This document shows positions 50,998 to 59,068 of a DNA stretch of 64,000 bases, piece by piece. A model generated the notes under the pieces. That model did not search any database, had not been told where the DNA came from, and saw only the letters and a list, made by a program, of their open reading frames with translations. Within the stretch, counting starts at the first letter, position 1, and each line of letters starts with the position of its first letter. Origin of the DNA: an uncultured bacterium (GTDB lineage: Bacteria > Bacteroidota > Rhodothermia > Balneolales > DATFMH01). The stretch lies in contig CAVQHI010000002.1 of assembly GCA_963712305.1 (NCBI GenBank), forward strand, positions 1,705,075 to 1,769,074, in the 5' to 3' direction. The translations under genes and the position numbers were made by a program.

Positions 50998-52521
50998 TCA
51001 ACGAATAGAATCGAACCAGGAACTGTTATCGCCATAATTTTCAATAACTGTTGTTTCATTTTCGAAACGGTAGGAGCTGATCATTTTTGTTATGTCCTGC
51101 CGGAGCATGATTCGGGCACCGTCGATGAGATCTTTTCTGAATCCTCCGTCTTCCAATTCCATCAGCAGCCCAATACTGAATACATAAGCAATAGCACGTC
51201 CTAACTTTACCTGCTTGCGTTGCGACATCCTGGGATCTGGTTTGAAATTGACCAGATCTTTGACATGATCGTACGCACGGTCGGAGAGCGGATATGTTTT
51301 CAGGAATGCCAGAAGGTTTGGCTCTTTCTTCTTTCTCATCATCTTCATTACGGCCTCGGCGATCTGTACATATAGAATATCATTGGATCCCTCGAATATC
51401 TGAAACGGTCGGCTGTCTATAATACCGCGGCCGGCAATGTGATCGATTTTATATCCTTTAGCGCCGACAAGCTGCAGTAGCGATTGGGCTGATTCCTGCA
51501 TCAGATCAGTATTCACCGTCTTTAAGATATTGGCTTCTAATCCTTTTCCGGAAACATCCTTCTCCGGTTCGGCATGCTTGCTGCTGTATGTGCACATGGC
51601 AGAAAGGATGGTAAACGCACCCTGGATACGAGACAAACGGTGTTGTACCTGGTCGTATTCAGACAGCGTATTTCTGCCAATGTTACGTTGCAATGTGTGC
51701 TGTATAGCCTCATCGAGTATGCGTTTCACGAAACCCATACCCATACCCGGCATCATCAGCCGGCTTCTGTTCAAAACGTCGAGCATCATTCCCACACCGT
51801 TTGTACTCGGGTTCAATTTCTGTACTTCCGGTATTTTGACATCAATAAGGTTTCGGCCGTATGGAATCATGTAAAGTCCGAGGTTGTGGAAATATTCATC
51901 CACAACAATATGTTGATTCGGGGCATTAACATTACAGACGAAGAAATCGATGTCGCGCATCAGATCGCCCGACTTGGTCTGACGCCGGGCTGTGAGCAGC
52001 CAGTAATCGGCCCAGCCGGTGAGTCCTGCCCAATGCTTGGTACCTTTCAGATGATAGTACCCATCCTTGTGAGTATAGCTCGTTTGCATGTGCAGGGCGT
52101 CACTGCCGTAATCCGGTTCAGTGATCATCAGCCCGCCCATTTTCTTGTCTTCAATGAAGTCCTTAAATACAGAAATGCGAACTTCTTCATCTCCATATTT
52201 GGCGACTGGAATTAAAAATAATGCCAGATTTATACCGATGGTAAGTGAAAGTGCCAGTGATTCGTAGGAAGCAGCTTCCAGAATGGCCAGACATTCCGGG
52301 ACAAGTCCCCCGCGTCCACCGTATGTTTCCGGAATTGCAGCGGTCAGCGGATTTGTATTCATTATTTCACGCAACACGAAAGGGGGGATGCCACGTCGTA
52401 AACTGAATTCATCGATGTTTTCCCGGGTATGAAAAACGTGATTCATACTATCTTTGAATGACTCCAGAAAAACAGAAAAAGGGGTTAGCTGTTCGTTCTG
52501 CTCCACTTCGTTTAAATGCAT
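50998..52521 (-). CDS. Acyl-CoA dehydrogenase family protein
   Basis: IPE.YGGRG, LMITEPDYGSD, GTKHW, GAKGY and IFEGSN motifs. Confidence 0.88.
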   Translation of the reverse strand: MHLNEVEQNEQLTPFSVFLESFKDSMNHVFHTRENIDEFSLRRGIPPFVLREIMNTNPLTAAIPETYGGRGGLVPECLAILEAASYESLALSLTIGINLALFLIPVAKYGDEEVRISVFKDFIEDKKMGGLMITEPDYGSDALHMQTSYTHKDGYYHLKGTKHWAGLTGWADYWLLTARRQTKSGDLMRDIDFFVCNVNAPNQHIVVDEYFHNLGLYMIPYGRNLIDVKIPEVQKLNPSTNGVGMMLDVLNRSRLMMPGMGMGFVKRILDEAIQHTLQRNIGRNTLSEYDQVQHRLSRIQGAFTILSAMCTYSSKHAEPEKDVSGKGLEANILKTVNTDLMQESAQSLLQLVGAKGYKIDHIAGRGIIDSRPFQIFEGSNDILYVQIAEAVMKMMRKKKEPNLLAFLKTYPLSDRAYDHVKDLVNFKPDPRMSQRKQVKLGRAIAYVFSIGLLMELEDGGFRKDLIDGARIMLRQDITKMISSYRFENETTVIENYGDNSSWFDSIR

Positions 52522-52999
52522 GCTTTCTTTAAAAATTCGTTAATACCTGGTCGTTTTTGGGTAACATATCGGCTCAACTGACATATCCCACAAACAGGAT
52601 AACACGAGTGTGTGATCGATTCCGATATCCTCATATCATTTTCCGTCGAATGAAACTGTTCTTCGGATTAGCAAATTACCCGCGATACGTCTGCTTGTGG
52701 CAAAGATATCAGTGAATTCAAACGAATACAATGTTTTCATGAATTACTTTCACATTCAATAGAGATTGAACACTGTTCGTTACTGTAACATTGAAAATAA
52801 CTCAAAAACGACTACCTGTCGACTGTAAGTTTTAACGAAAATTTGCACTATTTCGATCGCAAAAGGGTGAAACAGGAATAGTGAGATCATTTATAATAAT
52901 CCAAAGACAGAAAGGATGATGATATGATATACTATTATGGGGTAATCAGGCCGATGGATCATCCATAATTTTACACATCAACTGATAACTGATAACTGG

Positions 53000-53668
53000 T
53001 TACTGTTTGCTGGTTACTGTAACCTGTTCCACTTTTACTCTCTTCCGTAAAACGTCGATGTGATCTTTGTGTTCGTCTATCACATTGGTCAGGGCAGTTT
53101 TGAAGTCTTCAAGAACACTTTTTCTCATCTTATCGAGCTTCTTTTTCTTCAGGCCCGAATTGACTCTTTCCTGCCGTTTCAGATATAAAATCAGGGAGCG
53201 CAGTGTGTTAGGAACATCGGCAATCTGGAGTGCACCGTTCGTATCACTAATATAAATTCCGAACGGCTTCCGGCCGTCTTCGATACTTAATGAAGCGGTT
53301 TCGAAATCATGTTCCAGCTTGTCGATGGTTTCGCCAAGTGAATCAAGCGATTCCGGTATCATTACCCTAAAACTGATATCACGGCCGGAGTAACGTTTTG
53401 TTTGACCATTCACATTGATTACCGCTTCTTTTCCTGTGTGCGACACCATCGGCTCCAGGAAGCTTGCGTAATATCCGTAAGCGAGCGCTTCCGGAATCGT
53501 AACTTCCCGGGCATTGCGTAATACAAGCCATACGATCAGCCCGATGGATGCAGCCGCTACAAGACCCAATATTAGTCCAAACCAGAAGTTTTCCATGCTC
53601 TGTAAAGGGTAGAAAACGCCAAAGGCACCTAACAATGAAATGAAAGCATCGACCATTTTACCTTTCAT
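53000..53668 (-). CDS. Transmembrane prokaryotic STING-domain protein (Cap13-like 2TM-STING)
   Basis: Two N-terminal hydrophobic helices, then ALAYGYYASFL, VMIPESLD, GRKPF, IADVPNTL and LEDFKTAL, matching in order the bacterial STING blocks (A.GYY..F / IP..L / R..F / D.P.TL / E.F...L). Confidence 0.78.
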   Translation of the reverse strand: MKGKMVDAFISLLGAFGVFYPLQSMENFWFGLILGLVAAASIGLIVWLVLRNAREVTIPEALAYGYYASFLEPMVSHTGKEAVINVNGQTKRYSGRDISFRVMIPESLDSLGETIDKLEHDFETASLSIEDGRKPFGIYISDTNGALQIADVPNTLRSLILYLKRQERVNSGLKKKKLDKMRKSVLEDFKTALTNVIDEHKDHIDVLRKRVKVEQVTVTSKQ

Positions 53669-54274
53669 ACGGCTGTTACTTTTAGGGTTGATTGTAATCT
53701 GCAGTATTCAATAAAACTGAGACATATTTCCGGATTGATTTTCTGACCCAGCTAAATTGCCTGGGAATTAAGACTTCCAGATTCAATCTAATAATCTCGG
53801 TCTGCAATCATGTAAAATGTCCGTATAAGAGACAAATAACACAACGTTTATGGGAAAATTAATGTTATCCTTGAATAATAAGGTCAAGACATTTTGTAAT
53901 TCTGTTGAAATAACATAAGATTCGGATAAGCATTTGAGAAAGTCTGGTAAGATAATTTTCTAAATATATTATCCGGATTAATTCGGTGATAAAGAAAGCT
54001 GCTTTACAATGTAAACCGGTTTGAGAGATGGAGATTAGACTTGTTCCCGGGAAATGGCAAAAAAAGGTTTCTGATGGTTAAATGAGAGCAACAAATCATA
54101 TGGAAAAATTCCGAGGTTATAGATACAATGAAGAAGGATGACAACGTAAACTAAATTTCAAAAGAAAGTTATCCCACGATTTTAAAAACGACTGTTTAAA
54201 CGACAGCGATTAACTATTAAAAAAAAATTTATCGAGGACGAAGAACCTCCCGATTAAAATAATTGAGGGTTGAA

Positions 54275-54655
54275 ATGAGCAACAAAAAGGTAATTTTTGT
54301 TTCCTACGCCGACGAGGATAAGGGAAAACGCGATCTTCTTAGGGACATTCCGCTTAATACCACAACTCCTTTTCGGTTTGTGGACGTACCAGATGGCGAT
54401 GTTCATGACGAGAAGTGGAGAGATGGTGTGCGTAAGAGTATTTTGAAATCAGATGCCGTGATCGCACTCATCAGCAAAAACACGTTAAGCTCACTGGGAC
54501 AGCGATGGGAAATTGATTGTGCCAGCGACGAAGAGAAGGAGATGATAGGATTATGGGCGTATGATGATGATACCACGCGCCCGGGTATTATCGAAAGATA
54601 TAGAACGATCCACTGGACGAAAGAAGATATATCCCGGTTTATCGATAGTCTGTAG
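54275..54655 (+). CDS. Stand-alone TIR domain protein (ThsB / DUF1863-like)
   Basis: IFVSY..ED, SDAVIALISKNT and RWEI (putative catalytic Glu); ATG 54275 preferred over TTG 54263. Confidence 0.82.
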   Translation: MSNKKVIFVSYADEDKGKRDLLRDIPLNTTTPFRFVDVPDGDVHDEKWRDGVRKSILKSDAVIALISKNTLSSLGQRWEIDCASDEEKEMIGLWAYDDDTTRPGIIERYRTIHWTKEDISRFIDSL

Positions 54656-54751
54656 TTATTTATAATCTCACGAACTGTTGAACCGGATGTAGAAAGTTGG
54701 CACGTAACAGGTGTTGACGAACCCAAACGAGATCCTTTTCGATCGAACGTT

Positions 54752-55429
54752 ATGGTCCGGTTGCCTTTTAAAAACAGAAAAAGTGCCGGCAATTTGCTGG
54801 CGCAGGCGCTGTCCGCTTATCGCGACCGGCAGGATCTCGTTGTGCTGGCTTTGCCAAGGGGCGGGGTTCCGGTTGGTGCAAAAGTTGCCGAAGCTATGGA
54901 CGCACCGCTTGATGTGATGATCGTCCGGAAGCTTGGTACGCCCGGGCAGGAAGAGTTAGCAATGGGAGCCATCGCCAGCGGGGGAATAAGAGTGTTGAAT
55001 GAAGAACTGGTAACCTTTGCTGGAATTGATCAGGAAACCATTGATGAAGTATCAACCCTTGAACAGAAAGAACTGGAACGCCAGGAAAAGATTTATCGCG
55101 GCGGACGGGCCCGTGTTGATCTGGAGGGACAGACAGTTTTACTTGTCGATGATGGATTGGCTACAGGCACAACTATGAGGGCAGCGGTACAAGCAACACG
55201 AGCAGAAGGTGCTGCCGTGATCGTTGTGGCCATACCCGTTGCCCCTCCCGATACCATTGAACAGCTTTATAATATTGCCGACGATGTGGTCTGCCTGCAA
55301 AGCCCCGAACCGTTTGGGGGCGTTGGACTCTGGTACCTTGATTTTCGACAGACTACGGACCAGGAAGTCATTGATTTGCTATATAGTGCACGAACACGTT
55401 CATATAAATCCAATATCGAAGAAGAATGA
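54752..55429 (+). CDS. Putative phosphoribosyltransferase (type I PRT)
   Basis: LPRGGVPV, RKLG.PG.EELAMGA and the PRPP loop VDDGLATG. Confidence 0.88.
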   Translation: MVRLPFKNRKSAGNLLAQALSAYRDRQDLVVLALPRGGVPVGAKVAEAMDAPLDVMIVRKLGTPGQEELAMGAIASGGIRVLNEELVTFAGIDQETIDEVSTLEQKELERQEKIYRGGRARVDLEGQTVLLVDDGLATGTTMRAAVQATRAEGAAVIVVAIPVAPPDTIEQLYNIADDVVCLQSPEPFGGVGLWYLDFRQTTDQEVIDLLYSARTRSYKSNIEEE

Positions 55430-56106
55430 TTATGGAAAATACAAATATACAAGCCTACGAGACTAAGCCTATTCCGGTTATGGTAAAAACCGAAACCGTT
55501 GATCTGCCCGGTGACCTTGTAATCCCTGAAGACAGCAAAGGATTGATCATATTTGCTCATGGAAGCGGAAGCAGCCGTTTTAGTCCGCGTAACCGGGCTG
55601 TAGCCGCATCACTAAATAAAGCTGGACTAGGAACACTATTGTTTGATTTGCTCACAGCCCGGGAAAATGAAGTTGATGAAGAAACATGTGAATACCGGTT
55701 CAATATTGATTTGCTGGGTATACGGCTAACACAGACTCTTGATTGGCTGCTGACACGTAAAGACACCGTTGGAATGAATATCGGAGTGTTTGGTGCAAGC
55801 ACGGGTGCCGCCGCCGCCCTCATTGCAGCAACTGAACGGCCGGAACGAGTACACGCCGTAGTTTCAAGAGGTGGCCGTCCAGATCTGGCAAAAGAACACC
55901 TCGCCCGGGTACGCACCCCATCTCTTTTCATTGTGGGCGAAGATGATGCGTCTGTCGTGGCCATGAACAGAAGTGCACTTTATGATTTGCGTTGTGAAAA
56001 AAAACTGGAAATCATTCCCGGAGCCAATCACCTCTTCGAGGAACCCGGTAAACTCGATGATGTAGCAACTCTCGCGAAAGATTGGTTTACTAAATGGATT
56101 GAATAA
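55426..56106 (+). CDS. Alpha/beta hydrolase (dienelactone hydrolase-like), PRTase-associated
   Basis: FAHGSGSSR.SPRN, GASTG, SRGGRPDLA and HLFEEPG motifs; overlaps the PRTase stop. Confidence 0.88.
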   Translation: MIMENTNIQAYETKPIPVMVKTETVDLPGDLVIPEDSKGLIIFAHGSGSSRFSPRNRAVAASLNKAGLGTLLFDLLTARENEVDEETCEYRFNIDLLGIRLTQTLDWLLTRKDTVGMNIGVFGASTGAAAALIAATERPERVHAVVSRGGRPDLAKEHLARVRTPSLFIVGEDDASVVAMNRSALYDLRCEKKLEIIPGANHLFEEPGKLDDVATLAKDWFTKWIE

Positions 56107-56163
56107 GGTGTTTGTTTTTTAGCTGATAGTTGGATGAGCGGGGAGATCGTGTGCATTGATCTA

Positions 56164-56455
56164 CCCCTAAATCCCCTGAAGGAGACGTTCACAGGATCCG
56201 TCTTTTCGATATAGCGTCTTAAAAAATGACTTGTTAGAACCATAAAATAAGTTTAGTCCATTGGGGCAGTTAAAGTTGTTAGTCATTACCGTTTTAACCA
56301 CAGGTTGGACAGATAAACGTAGATTTAATCTGTTTGGATCCGCGTAAATCCGCGGCTAATTACTTTACAAATTAACCAGTATTAGCTCTATCTATTCCTC
56401 AAGATTTTACTGTAGCAATGATGACTATTAAAAGTCCCCTTCAGGCGATTCAGGG
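56164..56455. repeat. Degenerate inverted-repeat (MITE-like) element
   Basis: CCCCTAAATCCCCTGAAGGAGAC near 56164 versus GTCCCCTTCAGGCGATTCAGGG near 56434. Confidence 0.5.
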
Positions 56456-56479
56456 TTAATATGAAATTCGCTGTTATTT

Positions 56480-57343
56480 GTGCCCATAGATAAAGTATAT
56501 TGGTGCCGCATAATAGGAACCCGAATCAAATTATACGTTTTTATGAATATGGGTAGCCGTTTCAAGATCTCCGGAGCAGCTCTGTTGCTGTTGATCATTA
56601 TCTCATTGCCGATTCACTGCAATGCAAAAGGTCCGCAAAGAGAATTCTATGCCATAAAGATTTATCATCTGAAAAATCACTCCCAACAGGAACAGACCAG
56701 TCAGTATCTGAAAGAAGCATATCTTCCGGCACTGCACAGGATGGGTATCCAACATGTTGGCGTATTCGAACCGGTAAAAAATGATTCGAGTTACGGAAAG
56801 CTGATATATGTCCTGATCCCGTTTCGGTCTCTGACTGCTTTAACCAGCCTTAATCAACAATTGGAGAAGGATCGGAAGTTTAAACAGGATGGCAGTGATT
56901 ATCTCAACGCTGCGTATAACGAGCCTCCATACGAACGAATAGAGACAATTATACTTGAAGCTTTCCCCGAACACCCCGTCCTCACGCTGCCGAAACTAAA
57001 CAATCCACCATCTGATCGGATTTATGAACTTCGCAGCTATGAAAATCCCACTGAAGAACTGTCGCGAAGTAAAATTGATATGTTTAACTACGGAGCCGAG
57101 TTGAGTATCTTCAAAAAACTGAATTTCAATGCCGTCTTTTATGGGGAAGTGCTTGCCGGGCCTAAAATGCCAAATCTCATGTACCTGACCACCTATGAAG
57201 ACATGAAATCACGTGATGCGCACTGGAAAGCATTCTCCAATGATCCTAAATGGAAGGAACTGGTTGGCATGAAGAAATACCAGCACAATGTCTCACATGC
57301 CGACATCATCTTCCTTCATCCTGCAGATTATTCAGATATCTGA
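56480..57343 (+). CDS. NIPSNAP family protein (exported)
   Basis: IYELRSYE, PNLMY.T and HWKAF..DP.W motifs; likely start ATG 56543 or 56549 followed by a signal peptide. Confidence 0.85.
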   Translation: MPIDKVYWCRIIGTRIKLYVFMNMGSRFKISGAALLLLIIISLPIHCNAKGPQREFYAIKIYHLKNHSQQEQTSQYLKEAYLPALHRMGIQHVGVFEPVKNDSSYGKLIYVLIPFRSLTALTSLNQQLEKDRKFKQDGSDYLNAAYNEPPYERIETIILEAFPEHPVLTLPKLNNPPSDRIYELRSYENPTEELSRSKIDMFNYGAELSIFKKLNFNAVFYGEVLAGPKMPNLMYLTTYEDMKSRDAHWKAFSNDPKWKELVGMKKYQHNVSHADIIFLHPADYSDI

Positions 57344-57654
57344 CTAAAATCGTGCATTTATATAAAGCAGAAAACGACGGGTTCGGATTTCGCGGATAAT
57401 GAAGTTGACCCGCAGCCGTAATCGATAATGGTTGTTATCAGAAACCATGATATCTGTTTATAAACACAATCCACGGCAACTCATTTGAAATAAAAGTATC
57501 ATTGGCGACGTAATTGAAGTGACTGAAAAAATGAAAATCATTAAGAACCCAAATTGCAGAAATTAATAGGTGTAATAATTCAGATAATGATCATTTGTTA
57601 CAAAAATCTGTCTTGTTCACAAAGGTGCTTTTTCTGATTTACTAACGATACCAG

Positions 57655-58293
57655 ATGTCCCCAGAGCTGATACATTATGTAACCCAATATGGCTACTATG
57701 CCATTTTTGTACTTGTCTTACTGCAGGAAAGCGGCGTGCCGGAACCTATTCCCAACGAGTTTGTACTGTTGTTTTCCGGATACATGGTTTTTAAAGGTGC
57801 GCTGTATTTTCCCCTGGTAATATTGGCCGTAGTTCTGGGCGATTTCATCGGGACCAATATCTTGTATACCGTATTCTACTTTTTCGGGTCCTATATTCTC
57901 GAACACAAGCCAAAGTGGTTTCCCTTAAAGGATGAAACAATTGAGAAGTACACCCATAAGTTCTCTGAAGGAAAGCTCTGGACAATCTATCTGGGACGAG
58001 TTACTCCTTTCATCCGGGGATATACCTCCGTCGGTGCCGGGCTGTTACAGATCAAACCTAAAAAATTTCTTCCGATAGCTTTTATCTCTGCTCTAACCTG
58101 GAGCTGCGCGTATGTTTTGACAGGTGAATTGTTAGGTCCATACTGGAAGCATGTGGTAAGCAATTTCAAATATATCCTGCCGGTTGTTCTCATTGTGATG
58201 ATCGTTATAGGTATCATCAAGCATCGGGTAGACAAATCCAAGAGGTCAGAAAAAGAAGAGAAAAAAGAATCTGCGATACAAAATGCTGGCTGA
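57655..58293 (+). CDS. dedA: DedA family membrane protein
   Basis: YGY.AIF...ESG.P.P.P.E..LLF.G and GRVTPFIR motifs. Confidence 0.88.
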   Translation: MSPELIHYVTQYGYYAIFVLVLLQESGVPEPIPNEFVLLFSGYMVFKGALYFPLVILAVVLGDFIGTNILYTVFYFFGSYILEHKPKWFPLKDETIEKYTHKFSEGKLWTIYLGRVTPFIRGYTSVGAGLLQIKPKKFLPIAFISALTWSCAYVLTGELLGPYWKHVVSNFKYILPVVLIVMIVIGIIKHRVDKSKRSEKEEKKESAIQNAG

Positions 58294-58879
58294 ATTCATT
58301 CATGGGATACATGAAGTTAAACGGTGAGAGATTTAAATAACTTATTTGTATATCGTTATTAGTGGGTAAAATATCGAACCCACGTTAACAATACCTTCTG
58401 GCGATGACGATTTCACCGGGTGTAATTCGGGTTGGTTAATCTAACTGTTGGATCGGGTTGTTTCTTTGTGGTGGGTAATCACGGGGGATTAGCCTACGGG
58501 AACATGACATTGGGGAAACAGTGAAATCTGCATTGTATCCTTATATCGAACTCACGTAATTTCCCATTCCCTCGATATTTGACAGAAAAGATTTTATATA
58601 AGGATCATCATATCAGGAGCATTGCGTACGTATTTCTAATTAATATTTTATCATCTTTTTATTTATCTATATGCAATTATGTAATATAGATTTAGAGATG
58701 AGTTGAAGAGCATCACTTAAAGAGCGTGGACTTTATTAGTCCAACAGATCAAAAGGCCTGGTTTTCTTGTAATTGCATAATTACAAATCCGGGTGTGATA
58801 ATGTTTGATGGGATATTCATTTATTCCGTTATATAAAGGATATAAACGAATAATTTCGATAAGTTCAGCAGAATCGTTT

Positions 58880-58915
58880 TTGTGCAAATCGCAATACAAA
58901 CCTTGATTTGCACAA
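58880..58915. promoter_or_regulatory. Perfect 11-bp inverted repeat TTGTGCAAATC-N14-GATTTGCACAA (candidate operator)
   Basis: About 150 bp upstream of 59069, in an AT-rich promoter-like region. Confidence 0.55.
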
Positions 58916-59068
58916 TAACTAACAAACAGGTTTATACTTGAGTAATGAGTCTAATTGACTTTGAACTTGCCTTATGTGAAACCAATAGCCTGTTTAAAAT
59001 TTTGTTAGGCTGCCTTCAGCTCATCTGTCACTAATAAAATCGTACTTCTTTTAAAAAGGAGAGATAAA

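Noticed and set aside
51574-52215. 213-aa plus-strand ORF
   Set aside because: Antisense to the acyl-CoA dehydrogenase; no motifs.
52522-52999. Possible riboswitch or ncRNA in the long leader of the acyl-CoA dehydrogenase
   Set aside because: No recognisable aptamer consensus by eye; an Rfam/Infernal scan would be needed.
53000-54655. Canonical CBASS or canonical Thoeris operon
   Set aside because: No CD-NTase and no ThsA (SIR2-SLOG or TM-Macro) gene is recognisable, and the two genes are divergent; the intergenic DNA shows no obvious cyclase remnant.
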